DNA of 64,000 bases from an uncultured virus (IMG/VR IMGVR_UViG_3300005680_000091). Taxonomy: Duplodnaviria; Heunggongvirae; Uroviricota; Caudoviricetes. The notes beneath the pieces were generated by a model that was given only the letters and a program-made list of their open reading frames with translations, was not told the origin of the DNA and did no database searches. Numbering within the stretch: the stretch's first letter is position 1; each line of letters opens with the position of its first letter. The stretch lies in IMG/VR virus record IMGVR_UViG_3300005680_000091. One strand, 5' to 3'. Shown here piece by piece: positions 10,605 through 20,762 of the stretch. A program made the translations under genes and the position numbers.

Positions 10605-11329
10605 CCAAGCCGCTTCCAAGAGGTATCCGCAACAACAACCCCGGCAACGTCGAGCGCGGCAAGGATCGCTGGCTCGGCATGAGCGCCGACCAGTCGGCCG
10701 ACGGGCGCTTCCTGGTGTTCGACACCCCCGAGGCTGGCATCCGCGCGTTGATGCGGATCCTCATCAACTACCAGGAGCGCCACGGCATCAAGACGATGCG
10801 TGAGGCGATCAACCGCTGGGCGCCGCCGGGCGAGAACAACAGCTCGGCCTACGTGCAGCACGTCTCCCGCCTGACCGGCTTCGACCCGGATGAGCCGCTG
10901 GACTTCCTTGATCGCGAGGTCAACGTCGCGCTGACTCAGGCGATTGTTCGCCACGAGAACGGCGAGCCGACGATCTACGGCCGCAAGGAGTGGTATCCGG
11001 CCGACGCCTACGAGCGCGCCGCGGTGATGGCCGGCTTCGAGCCGACCAAGAAGCCGCTGGTGAAGTCTCGCACCGTCGCGGGCGCCGTCATCGCTGCCGC
11101 GGGCGTGGCGGTCGGCGCAGCCACCGGAGCGCCGGACGTTGCTACCAGTGCGCAAGGGGTTGCCGCAGGGCTGCCGATCACCGCCGAGGACGTGACCCTT
11201 GTCGCAGGCGCGCTGGCGCCGTTCCTCGGCGGAGCACTGCTGCAGTACCTGTCACCCATCACCACCCTGGCCGGCGTCGCTCTGGCCGTCTATGCGCGTT
11301 GGGACGACGCGCGGAGAAAGCTGCGATGA
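10601..11329 (+). CDS. Endolysin (RGIRNNNPGN lysozyme-like family) with C-terminal membrane segments
   Basis: PRGIRNNNPGNV, INRWAPPGENNSSAY, IVRHENG; hydrophobic C-terminus ending YARWDDARRKLR. Confidence 0.8.
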   Translation: MTKPLPRGIRNNNPGNVERGKDRWLGMSADQSADGRFLVFDTPEAGIRALMRILINYQERHGIKTMREAINRWAPPGENNSSAYVQHVSRLTGFDPDEPLDFLDREVNVALTQAIVRHENGEPTIYGRKEWYPADAYERAAVMAGFEPTKKPLVKSRTVAGAVIAAAGVAVGAATGAPDVATSAQGVAAGLPITAEDVTLVAGALAPFLGGALLQYLSPITTLAGVALAVYARWDDARRKLR

Positions 11330-11666
11330 GCTACCAGGAGCTCCCGATGTCCTGCCGGCGCTGCGCCGACCGCGAAAGCAAGTCTGTCCAGATGGACTGG
11401 ACTCACGAGTGCCTCAAGGGCAAGCCGATGCGCGAGGGCTGCGAATGGATGCGGCCGCGCCACCCGAACTTCCAGGAGATCAAGGATGCTCGCACCAGTC
11501 ACTGACATTGCCCGCTGGAAGGCGGCGCACTCCCGCCCGACGGTGATCGACTACTGCCGCTGGAGTCAGGCGGTCGAGGCCACCATGCGCGCGAACCTCA
11601 ACGCATGGATCACGCTGACGTTCGTCTGGCCGCGCGTGATGCTGCGGACCTGCTTCGGGGTGTGAC

Positions 11667-12281
11667 GTGGCGCTTCAGAAACTGAACCTCTCCATCCGCC
11701 GCGGCGCGACGAACATCGTTCCGGTCCGCATCGAATCTTCAATGTGGGGCTACGCCAACATCACGGCCGTTGCGCAAAGTGCTCCGCTGCGGATCACGGC
11801 ACCAACGCACGGGCTCCCGGACGGTTGGCGCGCGGCGATCATGAACGTGAAAAGCGTGGGGGAATTCGCCGCGACGAACAACCCACCAAAAGACAGCGAG
11901 CTGCGACGAATCACGCTTGTCGACGTAAACACGGTCGAGTTCAACGCGATCAACGGCGCCGCGTTTCGCGCCTACACCAGCGGCGGGCAACTCGCCTACC
12001 GCACCCCGCTTGACCTCGCACCCTACAATGGGGTGCGAATGGACGTGAAGTCGAAGGTAGGCGGCGACGTGCTGGCGAGTTTCACACTTGGCAACGGGCT
12101 GCGTCTGGACTCTGCGCTCTCTGCCGTTTGGTTTGAGCCAACCGTTGAGCAATCGCTGATGCTGCCCGCCAATAATTACGTTTTTGACATCGAGCTGCTG
12201 CGCACGGGCGGCGGTATCGACGCGATCTGCGCCGCAGATTCGGCCCTGACCGTGCTGCCTGAAACCACCACTACGGAGTAA
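11667..12281 (+). CDS. Virion structural protein (FCCH-like beta domain inserted in a BppU-like frame)
   Basis: ITAVAQSAPLRITAPTHGL...AYTSGG insert; YVFDIEL C-terminal motif. Confidence 0.55.
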   Translation: MALQKLNLSIRRGATNIVPVRIESSMWGYANITAVAQSAPLRITAPTHGLPDGWRAAIMNVKSVGEFAATNNPPKDSELRRITLVDVNTVEFNAINGAAFRAYTSGGQLAYRTPLDLAPYNGVRMDVKSKVGGDVLASFTLGNGLRLDSALSAVWFEPTVEQSLMLPANNYVFDIELLRTGGGIDAICAADSALTVLPETTTTE

Positions 12282-12287
12282 ATCAAA

Positions 12288-12710
12288 ATGGCATCTTTCG
12301 TTTTCAACTCGGCCCTGCGCGACGAAGCGATCGGCAACATCGATTACGACACGGACACCTTCAAGGTCATGCTGCTGACCTCGGCGGCGACGCCCGACAA
12401 GGACATTTGGTCCAAGCGGTCGAGCGTGACCAATGAAGTCGTCGGCACGGGCTACACGGCCGGTGGTGCATTGGCGACGGTCACCGTGGGCGCAGTGGAC
12501 ACCGTCAACGACCGCGTGGAGATTACCCTGGGCGGTGCGAGCTGGGCCAACAGCACGATCACCGCGCGCTATGCGGTCTATTACAAGTCGCGGGGCGGCG
12601 CCGCGACGGCCGACGAGCTGGTGGCGGTGAATGACTTCGGCAGCGACGTGACGAGTACCAACGGCACGTTCACGTTGAACGCATCGACCTACCGCAAGAC
12701 CAACCCGTAA
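12288..12710 (+). CDS. Virion structural / fibre subunit
   Basis: DTDTFKVMLL, NEVVGTGYTAGG, TITARYAVYY motif family. Confidence 0.6.
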   Translation: MASFVFNSALRDEAIGNIDYDTDTFKVMLLTSAATPDKDIWSKRSSVTNEVVGTGYTAGGALATVTVGAVDTVNDRVEITLGGASWANSTITARYAVYYKSRGGAATADELVAVNDFGSDVTSTNGTFTLNASTYRKTNP

Positions 12711-12724
12711 CCCTCCCGACCGCC

Positions 12725-13150
12725 ATGATCGCCCTTGCCGCCTACACCCCCCATCGCTGGTCGGATATCGGCGGTTGGGCGATCTGCTGGTGGACGCGCT
12801 CTCCGTACTCACATGTTGAGGTCGTGATCGACGGCTTGTGTTACTCGTCGAGCATGCGCGACGGTGGCGTGCGCAGTAAGCGTATTGACCTCGACCAACC
12901 GCACTGGCGCGTGATTCCGATCGCATGGCGAGATCCCGCGGCGGCATTACGAATGTGGGGCCTCTATGAGGGGGAGCCGTACGGATACGGCGACCTCCTG
13001 GCCCAGCATGTTCTACGCTTGCCAGTCGATGACCCAGGCTTTCTGTGCTCCGAACTGTGTGCGCTGATGCTGGGGCTACCGGAATCGACGGCACGCGGAA
13101 TGGCGCCGGGGGCGTTGGTTGAATATGTGGAGAGAATGAATGCTCGCTAA
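12725..13150 (+). CDS. Permuted papain-like NlpC/P60 (YiiX/YebB-like) enzyme
   Basis: SPYSHVEV His precedes FLCSELCA Cys. Confidence 0.7.
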   Translation: MIALAAYTPHRWSDIGGWAICWWTRSPYSHVEVVIDGLCYSSSMRDGGVRSKRIDLDQPHWRVIPIAWRDPAAALRMWGLYEGEPYGYGDLLAQHVLRLPVDDPGFLCSELCALMLGLPESTARGMAPGALVEYVERMNAR

Positions 13151-14021
13151 CGGGGTCAAGGAGACCACAACCACCGTCGGAACCGGCACCGTGGCACTGT
13201 CCGCGGTCGCTGGTTTCCCTCGGTTTTCACAGGTACTGGGCACCGGCACGTTCGTCGACTACGCGATCAAGTCCGGTGAAAACTGGGAGTGGGGCGTCGG
13301 CCGTCTGGCTGCGGGGAACACGCTTGAGAGGTCTGCAGTCACCGCGAAATTCGAGAGCGGCACCTACACCAAGAACCCGACGACCCGGCTGTCGCTGGCG
13401 GGAACGAGCGATGTGTTCTGCACTGCACATGCGGCCACGAACGGCATCGGCGCAGGGGGCGGCTCGCTCGACCGTACCAAAGCTACGGTGTTGTCGGCGC
13501 ATATGGTGAAACTGTCCGGCAACCCGGACAACTCCGGCTACACCCCGTTCGCTGCAAACCGCCTGATGTGGTTCCCGTTTGTCTGGCCGTCCGGAATCGA
13601 TCGGTTTACGACCGGAGTGCGATTGAACCTCTTCAGCGCGGGGGGCACAAAAATGCGCATTGCGATCGTCGAGCCGGGCGACCCGGTCACGACGTCCCGA
13701 ATTATCGCGCAGACCGGGGATATTCCGACGAACACGTCAGGCATCAAGACGGCGACGTTTGCGGCGCCCGTGCCGATGCCGCTCGCGCGCTATTACATCG
13801 GCGTGTTGTGCGACGGGACGCCGAACATCCTGGCTGCGCATGCTGGGCTGATGGACCCGTACGTGCTGCAGTTCGGAGGCAATCTGTTCCCGCGTGGCGG
13901 CTCGTCGAACAACGTCAGCGCAGGCTGGACGAGCATCACCGACGCAATGGTGCGGGCCGGTGTGGATAACGGGGAAGACCGCGCGCAGACCGACCCCATG
14001 ATCGCGATGGTGCAGGCATGA
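13140..14021 (+). CDS. Tail fibre / receptor-binding protein
   Basis: ANGVKETTTTVGTGTVAL...WEWGVG anchor domain with a variable C-terminus. Confidence 0.7.
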   Translation: MLANGVKETTTTVGTGTVALSAVAGFPRFSQVLGTGTFVDYAIKSGENWEWGVGRLAAGNTLERSAVTAKFESGTYTKNPTTRLSLAGTSDVFCTAHAATNGIGAGGGSLDRTKATVLSAHMVKLSGNPDNSGYTPFAANRLMWFPFVWPSGIDRFTTGVRLNLFSAGGTKMRIAIVEPGDPVTTSRIIAQTGDIPTNTSGIKTATFAAPVPMPLARYYIGVLCDGTPNILAAHAGLMDPYVLQFGGNLFPRGGSSNNVSAGWTSITDAMVRAGVDNGEDRAQTDPMIAMVQA

Positions 14022-14509
14022 TCGACTACATTGAAAAAGGCGCCGGCCTTCACCGCGCGGTCGCCGATGCCGGGCACTGGCTCGAACAGCGCGACGGTGT
14101 CTGGATCAGCAGCGACGACACCGCAGTGCAGGCAATCATCGACGGCTACACGCTCGCGCAAGCCAAGACGGAAAAGCGTCGCGAGGTGTCGGCCGTTGCG
14201 CGCCAAAAATACAACCTTGTGACCGCAGGCATCAGTGCCGCCGAGATGGCTGGCTGGCCGATCCTGTTGAGCGAGGCCGCGGACTACCGCACCTCGGGAG
14301 TTGTTGGGCCTGCGATTCAAACCGAGGCGTTCATCCGCGGGATCGATGTGGGCGACCTTGTATCCAAGATCGAGAGCAACGCAGCGCAGTTTCAAGCCAC
14401 TCGCGCAGCCATCGCAGGTACGGACGGACGCAAGCGGGATGAGATCGACGCTCTTGCAACCTTCGAAGCCGTTGCCTCCTACAACGTAGCCGGGGGTTGG
14501 CCGCTGTGA
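14018..14509 (+). CDS. Tail fibre assembly chaperone-like protein
   Basis: AEMAGWPIL...EAFIRGI...IAGTDGRKRDEI pattern; follows the fibre gene. Confidence 0.6.
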   Translation: MIDYIEKGAGLHRAVADAGHWLEQRDGVWISSDDTAVQAIIDGYTLAQAKTEKRREVSAVARQKYNLVTAGISAAEMAGWPILLSEAADYRTSGVVGPAIQTEAFIRGIDVGDLVSKIESNAAQFQATRAAIAGTDGRKRDEIDALATFEAVASYNVAGGWPL

Positions 14510-16407
14510 TTCTGGGCGCGGCTCCACTCGGTACGCTCCCGCTCGGCACCTCTGCGGTCAGCGGTAGTGCCGGGCTTGATGCGACTGCGAACGGAGTCGT
14601 CCTACCGTCCGTCGCGGTGGTTATTCCCGGCAGCGCCTCGGGCATACGGAGTGCATCCGCCGCAGGGGCGCTGGTCGGGACGGCGACGGCTTTCGTATCC
14701 GGTGCGGCGCAGGCGCAGACTAACGTGACGGCGCAAGGGGTGACGGTGCCAACCGCCACCGCCTTCAACCAAGGCGCGGTTTCCGGACAGGCGACGGTGG
14801 CCGGCTCGACACTCTCGGCGGTGGCCACAGTCTCAGCGGGGGCTGCATCCGGAGTGCGTAACGCGACGGCGGCCGGCATCTCGACCACCATGACCGTCGC
14901 GCTTACCGCCGGTCTTGCATCCGGCGTGCGTAACACCACAGCACAAGGGGTGACCCATTCGATCGAGGCGGCCCTCGTCGCCGGCACAGCCCAAGGGCAG
15001 ATCAACTCGGCCGCCGCCGGTTCGGTAGTCTTGGCTGCAGTGGAGCTCAGTGCCGGAGCCGCCCAAGGTCAGAGCAGCGGGACGGCCGCCGCGTCAACGG
15101 TCTCCACCGTCGCTTCCCTCACGGGCGCGGCCCCCTCGGCGGCTGCGACGGCGCAAGGGGCTGTTGTATCGACTGCCAGGACGCTTACGGCAGCGACTGC
15201 CGGCGGCACAGCCCAAGCGTCTGCAGCAGCAGTCTCCACAGCAGCATCACTGCTCCCCGGCACAGCGGCGGGGGGCCCAACCGCTACCGCCATCGGCGCG
15301 CTGATCCAGACGGCAACGGCCCTGACGGCAGGCAGCGCCTCGGGTGTGCGTAACGGAACGGCCAACGCGGCGACAGTCAGCACCGCGACGAGTCTGGCGG
15401 CTGGGTCCGCTGCAGGGCAAGGCAGCGCAACAGCGACGGGGGCGACGGCGTCAATCTCCACCACCCTGACGGGGGGCCTGGCGAGTGCTTCAGCTACGGT
15501 TCAAGGCGTAACTGGATCCACTCAGACCGCGCTACTCGTTGGTGCCGCCGCAGGCGTGCGTAACGCAACTGCACCGGGCGCGACGGCGACGACAGCGACC
15601 GGTTTCCTGTCCGGCGCAGCAACCGGAGTAGGAGACACCTCCGTAACTGGGGTGACGGTCAGCACTGCTGCCGCACTCGAGGCCGGAACCGCCGTGGCAG
15701 TGCGCAACGCTGCCGCCTTGGGCGCCTCGACCGCCACCACGGCGGTGTTCAGCGCAGGTTTAGCCGCCGGAGCGGCGACGGCCCCAGGGGCGGCAGCGCT
15801 GCAGACGACCGCAAGCTTCACGGCCGGAGCAGCTTCTGGTACGACAGCGGCTACCGCAGTCGGTGTGGAACTCAGCACCCGCGCGCAGCTATTGACGGGC
15901 GAGCCCTCGGCGATACGCAACGCAACAATAGCTGGCAAGACGCTGCCGATAAGCGCCGAGTTTGTCTCGGGCGGCGCGTCTGGTGGATTCGCAGCCGTCG
16001 TGTCGGGGATGCTTACGTCGGTCAGCATTGAGCTGATTCCCGGCAGCGCGTTCATCAGCGCAGATGCGCCGGCAGCGGCATTGCAGACAGCGACCTACCT
16101 CAGCGCGGGAGTTGCGACAGGAGGCGTTTCCGTCTCTGCCAGCGGGGCGGCTGTCTCCGCTGCCTCCAACCTGTTGCCCGGGTCGGTAAGCGCCGTACGC
16201 AACGAGGTAGCGGCCGGCGTCACGTTGGCGTGTGGCCTGGGCTTTTTCGCCGGAAGAGCGGAGATCGTCATCCCCTACGAGGTCTCGGACTTGGTACGCC
16301 GATCGATCTTCGTACGAGTGGAACACCAAGCGGCTTTTGCCCAAGTGAGGGACGTCGAGACAGTCGTAGTGCTGCCGAGGGTGGATTACTTCACGCGCGT
16401 CGTGTGA
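14506..16407 (+). CDS. Ala/Gly/Thr-rich repetitive fibre-like virion protein
   Basis: Degenerate repeats such as GAASGVRNATAAG...STATAL. Confidence 0.65.
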   Translation: MILGAAPLGTLPLGTSAVSGSAGLDATANGVVLPSVAVVIPGSASGIRSASAAGALVGTATAFVSGAAQAQTNVTAQGVTVPTATAFNQGAVSGQATVAGSTLSAVATVSAGAASGVRNATAAGISTTMTVALTAGLASGVRNTTAQGVTHSIEAALVAGTAQGQINSAAAGSVVLAAVELSAGAAQGQSSGTAAASTVSTVASLTGAAPSAAATAQGAVVSTARTLTAATAGGTAQASAAAVSTAASLLPGTAAGGPTATAIGALIQTATALTAGSASGVRNGTANAATVSTATSLAAGSAAGQGSATATGATASISTTLTGGLASASATVQGVTGSTQTALLVGAAAGVRNATAPGATATTATGFLSGAATGVGDTSVTGVTVSTAAALEAGTAVAVRNAAALGASTATTAVFSAGLAAGAATAPGAAALQTTASFTAGAASGTTAATAVGVELSTRAQLLTGEPSAIRNATIAGKTLPISAEFVSGGASGGFAAVVSGMLTSVSIELIPGSAFISADAPAAALQTATYLSAGVATGGVSVSASGAAVSAASNLLPGSVSAVRNEVAAGVTLACGLGFFAGRAEIVIPYEVSDLVRRSIFVRVEHQAAFAQVRDVETVVVLPRVDYFTRVV

Positions 16408-16495
16408 CCACGCAACCCCTCGTGTGTTGAACAACCGAAGCCAGACGAGTGGCCCTTCATCCCCTACACTGAACTGGCCCTTCTGGATCAAGCAC

Positions 16496-17737
16496 ATGAG
16501 CACCGAAACCACACCCCTCGGCCCGTTCGCAGGCATGAACAACCGCCTCCCTGACCACCAACTCGGCCTCGTCGAGCGTGGGCAGAAGGCCGGTGACTAC
16601 CTGCGCAACGCGGTCAATGTGGATCTCACCAACGCAGGCACACTGCAGCGCCGGAAGGGAGTGACACTCACGCTTGCGGGTGCGGACTGCCACAGCCTAT
16701 GGTCGGATGAGCAGGGCGCTTACTTCGTGGATGGGTCGAACTTAAAGACCTTCCCAGCAGGCGCAGTGGTGCGGTCCGGACTGACGCCGGGTCGCCCGGT
16801 TAGCTTCAGCCGCTTCCCGAACGGCGACGTCTACTGGACCAACAGTGTTGTACTCGAGCGGATACGAGACGGGGTGAGCGCGCCGGCAGGTCTGCCTACC
16901 CCGGATTCCACACCTGTGGTTCGCGTTGAGTCGATAGGGGCTTTGCCGGCCGGGAGGTATCAGGTATCCATCACGCAAGTGGCGGAAGACAGAGAGCAGT
17001 CAGGGGCTACCTGGCCTGTTGCTGTGCAGATCCCTATCAACACCCAAGGATCTTTGAACATCTCAGGCATGCCATCTGGCAGGAAGAATATCTACTTGAC
17101 ATCGCCCAACGGAGAACTGCTCTTCCTTGCAGCCACGACGACTGCGGTGAGCTACCAGATCTCCAGCCCCCCAGCACTCAGGGAGCAACTGCCAACGCTC
17201 GGGTTTCGACCTATGCCACCCGGGCACACCGTCCGGATATACAACGCACGGTTGCTGGTCGCAGATAAGTTCGGGCTGTATTACTCGGAGCCGTATGCAC
17301 CGACGTGGCATAACCCGCTAAGAGGGTACATTCCGCTGGCTGGAATTACCTTGGTCGAACCCATGAAGACCGGGGTATTTATTGCAACGAAGGATCGAAC
17401 GTATTGGCTCTCAGGGGCCGACATATCCGGAGAGACCAACCTCTCCGAAGTATTACCGTACGGGGCGGTAGCTGGGTCGAGTGCGCGATTGAACAACACC
17501 CTCGGGGTGGTTTGGTATTCGCCGCGCGGCTTAGTCGTCGGGTCGCAGGACGGGCAAGTAAAAAACCTGCAAGAGGCCACTACGATAACGGAGCATGCTG
17601 CCCGGGCGGCGACGCTATACCGGGAGCAGGACGGGATGAGGCAGGTTGTCTCTTCTCTGTCGGGTTCGGAGGCGACAAGCGCCGCCGCCTCTAGCTATTT
17701 CGAAGCGGAGCTTGTCCGCAAGGAGACCATGCTGTGA
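16496..17737 (+). CDS. Tail tubular B / stabilisation-like protein
   Basis: GPFAGMNN, LRNAVNVDL...GTLQRRKG, YSEPY motifs. Confidence 0.65.
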   Translation: MSTETTPLGPFAGMNNRLPDHQLGLVERGQKAGDYLRNAVNVDLTNAGTLQRRKGVTLTLAGADCHSLWSDEQGAYFVDGSNLKTFPAGAVVRSGLTPGRPVSFSRFPNGDVYWTNSVVLERIRDGVSAPAGLPTPDSTPVVRVESIGALPAGRYQVSITQVAEDREQSGATWPVAVQIPINTQGSLNISGMPSGRKNIYLTSPNGELLFLAATTTAVSYQISSPPALREQLPTLGFRPMPPGHTVRIYNARLLVADKFGLYYSEPYAPTWHNPLRGYIPLAGITLVEPMKTGVFIATKDRTYWLSGADISGETNLSEVLPYGAVAGSSARLNNTLGVVWYSPRGLVVGSQDGQVKNLQEATTITEHAARAATLYREQDGMRQVVSSLSGSEATSAAASSYFEAELVRKETML

Positions 17738-18237
17738 AAGAGCACTATACGCCCGGGTTCGTCTACACCGTCGAGACGGTGAATCGGAAAACGGGGGAGG
17801 TAGTTGAGCAGGAGGTCGTACACAACATCATGCCGGAACAAGGGCGTAATCACATGTTGGATGTCGCGCTCAACGGTATGACCCAGACCCAAAACTGGTA
17901 TTTGCTGCCGTATGGCAACGACTACGAGCCTCAAGATTCCGACACTGCAGCTACGCTACCCACTACGGCGGGTGAGTTGACCAACTACGCCGGATCGACG
18001 CGGGTGCGGATCAACACCGCGAATGCGGTAGGCGGTGTGGTGTCGAACGACGCGAATCGCGCCGAGTTTAATTTCGAAGCGGAAGTGACGGTTCGCGGTC
18101 TCGCCCTTGTGAGTGTTCCAAATAAGGGCTCCCCTCTCGGAACGCTACTGTCGGCGGTGCGCCTATCCTCCCCGAAAACGCCTGATCCGGAATTCACGCT
18201 CCGGGTACTGGCGGTCATTGATCTTCAATCCGCATAA
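17734..18237 (+). CDS. Virion structural protein
   Basis: Beta-rich 167 aa, HNIMPEQGRNH motif, in the tail module. Confidence 0.55.
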   Translation: MKEHYTPGFVYTVETVNRKTGEVVEQEVVHNIMPEQGRNHMLDVALNGMTQTQNWYLLPYGNDYEPQDSDTAATLPTTAGELTNYAGSTRVRINTANAVGGVVSNDANRAEFNFEAEVTVRGLALVSVPNKGSPLGTLLSAVRLSSPKTPDPEFTLRVLAVIDLQSA

Positions 18238-18252
18238 AGAAGGAGCAACACC

Positions 18253-18693
18253 ATGACAGTGAAACTTTCCACCGGTCTGCGCAACCGCATGATGGCGACG
18301 GGTTCGCTCAAGTCGGGACTCGATGGCGGGCGTATCCATGTCTATGCGGGGCCGGTCCCTGGCTCTGCGGATGCGTCGATCGGCACCGCGACGTTGCTGT
18401 GCACCTACACCCTCAACAGCGGGGCGACCGGCCTGACCTTCGACAGCGCAGCAGTGGATGGTGTCTTGTCGAAGACGCCGAGCGAGACGTGGAGTGGTGT
18501 CAATGCGAGTACCGGCACCGCCACGTTCTATCGACATGTCGCGGCAGGGGATGACGGCACCGAATCGATCACGGCCTTGAGGGTTCAAGGCTCGGTAGCA
18601 CAGATCGGTGCGGATCTGAACATGAATCCGGCATTCGTTGCAGGGCAGACTCGCCTGATCGAATATTACGTTCTTGCACTGCCGACTGCGTAA
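18253..18693 (+). CDS. Virion structural protein
   Basis: KLSTGLRN...IHVYAGPVPGSAD...GTATFYR; AAGGAG RBS. Confidence 0.6.
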   Translation: MTVKLSTGLRNRMMATGSLKSGLDGGRIHVYAGPVPGSADASIGTATLLCTYTLNSGATGLTFDSAAVDGVLSKTPSETWSGVNASTGTATFYRHVAAGDDGTESITALRVQGSVAQIGADLNMNPAFVAGQTRLIEYYVLALPTA

Positions 18694-18702
18694 GGAATCG
18701 AC

Positions 18703-19164
18703 ATGGCACGGCTGGGCCTTCGGATAGGCCGCACGTACAAAGCGGGGGCGTTCTCGTCATTCGGCAGCTTCATCACCCCCGGCGCGGTGTTCATGTTCAT
18801 GGACGTCTATGCGGAAAACGGAGCGGCAGTTCTTAACCCGATGACAATGCGGCTGGAGGCGCACCCTTCTGTAACGGACTGGACAATTTGGTTCAACGAA
18901 AAAGTTGGGCAGAACAACCCCGGGTCGTTTTTGTTTATCGCTGGTTCCAATGACTACGACTCTATTCCGTCTGTGGTGCAGATCCTCCAAGACTGCACAG
19001 GAGATGGAGTAGGGCAGGTTGTGGCTGAGATTTTTCCGACAGCCATGGTCGATGGCCTGATCGCTGTACCGAATGCAGCGCTTATTGATCCTTTCCCGCC
19101 GTGCGCACCACCTATCACGCCGGAGTTCTGGACGGCGTTTGTCAACAGCTTCGAGACTCCATGA
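18703..19164 (+). CDS. Tail-associated hypothetical protein
   Basis: C-terminal PEFWTAFVNSFE; RBS. Confidence 0.5.
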   Translation: MARLGLRIGRTYKAGAFSSFGSFITPGAVFMFMDVYAENGAAVLNPMTMRLEAHPSVTDWTIWFNEKVGQNNPGSFLFIAGSNDYDSIPSVVQILQDCTGDGVGQVVAEIFPTAMVDGLIAVPNAALIDPFPPCAPPITPEFWTAFVNSFETP

Positions 19165-20762
19165 GCAAGTACCCAAAATCTTGGCCGGTTGGAGGGCACC
19201 CCGTCGCCGAAGCCAAGGTGAGAATCCTCAAGAAGCACAACACGCCGTGGCTTCGCGCGTCCGGGGATGGTTGGGTCGCTGAAAAACAGGGGAAGCTGTC
19301 GAACATAAAGTTCGGCAAGGAAGGAGCGTGGTTCTGCATGGGCTACGAGGACGGGCTGCAGAGTGACGGCAGTCACGGGGTAGAAAACGACGGGGTAGTT
19401 ACCGTCGTAACCTCTCCCGCATTCGACAAGCCCTTTCGCAAAGTCGAAGACCTGGATTACACCTTCGAACTTCAGTACGTCACAGCTCCGTGGTATGCAA
19501 GACGAAAAAGAGAGGTCGTACCTATGGGGTCGATCTCAGGATGGAGAATGTCCATCAAGAAGCTGGCCGTGGAGTCTTTCTTCATTGCCGCGTTCGATGT
19601 CGAACTACAGGCTTCTATGCGAGGGGGTGTATGGCACACGCGGCTGGAATTGAAAGGTCTCGGCGTTGAGCGGTACACCGCAACAGCGCGCATTCTCAGT
19701 GCAGGAAAACGGGTTGTAGATTCCCTGGACGGGTTTAGGCGGTCTTTCATGGTGATGGGTGTCGGTCGGTACAACGACGCGATTCAACCCGCTGGGTATG
19801 TGTCGTACAACGGCAAAACGGATTGGACACTACTCACCTTTGGTAAACCGTTTCGATATCAAGGGGCGGCGTCTTATCAGTTGGTTGCGCCAGGGGTTCT
19901 GTGGGCGTGCGTCCCGGTCTATGTCGTGGATCAACTCGACGCCACGAGCCTTGAGGTGGATGTTAACGGAAGCGCACGGCTGTCCTATTTGGTGGAAGTG
20001 GATGTATTAGAAGGCACGGTTTCCGACCTTGCGGGTGGTGATCTTTTAGATTTCGACTTAACGGATTTTCCGGACGACATCGAGGTGTCTGGAGGAGCCT
20101 CGAAAGACACGTTCAATTTCCGGATTGCGACCGCACTATCGACGATCGTGATGACGCGCTTGTCCAACGGAGAGGTCTTGGCGGTTGCTCCCGCCCGGCA
20201 CTACGACCCTGTAGCACCCGGGAACCGGATGCGTCGACTTGCCACCTTTATCAGCCACGGGTCAGGTAACTTTTCACGTAGAGACAATATCGAAGTAGGC
20301 GACGGGGAGATTGAAGGACTACCGAGGCCACTACACTTGGTAGGGGAGACACCTATCATGAAACTTATTCCCGTACTTGGGCGACCGGACCTTCCACCTC
20401 GTTTGGTTGTATGGGAAAAAGAAGGGCTCAGTTTCGTAGTTCGAGACCTGCCGTTTCTTGCGTACCGCTGCGGAGACATCACTGTCATTAGCCCGGAAGA
20501 ATTCGGCATAACCGCATACACGGAAGAGCTGGAAGGTGAAAAGCTGGTTTCAGCGTATCGGTTCTACACGACCCGAGATTTCGGGGAGACGTGGGAGGTG
20601 GCAAGCAAAATCCGCGAAAAGGCGCCAGCACCAGACGAGCCCGATGCAAACGAAATGTATTCGTTCCAGCACGTCTCTTGGATTCAAGCAGACGCGAGTG
20701 CTCCCGCCAGCCTCACACCTGGAGCCCCGTGGATCAGCGATGGGCGTAGAACTTTGGAGTGA
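19161..20762 (+). CDS. Beta-propeller-like tail protein
   Basis: BNR/Asp-box-like TRDFGETW; ATGA overlap. Confidence 0.5.
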   Translation: MSKYPKSWPVGGHPVAEAKVRILKKHNTPWLRASGDGWVAEKQGKLSNIKFGKEGAWFCMGYEDGLQSDGSHGVENDGVVTVVTSPAFDKPFRKVEDLDYTFELQYVTAPWYARRKREVVPMGSISGWRMSIKKLAVESFFIAAFDVELQASMRGGVWHTRLELKGLGVERYTATARILSAGKRVVDSLDGFRRSFMVMGVGRYNDAIQPAGYVSYNGKTDWTLLTFGKPFRYQGAASYQLVAPGVLWACVPVYVVDQLDATSLEVDVNGSARLSYLVEVDVLEGTVSDLAGGDLLDFDLTDFPDDIEVSGGASKDTFNFRIATALSTIVMTRLSNGEVLAVAPARHYDPVAPGNRMRRLATFISHGSGNFSRRDNIEVGDGEIEGLPRPLHLVGETPIMKLIPVLGRPDLPPRLVVWEKEGLSFVVRDLPFLAYRCGDITVISPEEFGITAYTEELEGEKLVSAYRFYTTRDFGETWEVASKIREKAPAPDEPDANEMYSFQHVSWIQADASAPASLTPGAPWISDGRRTLE

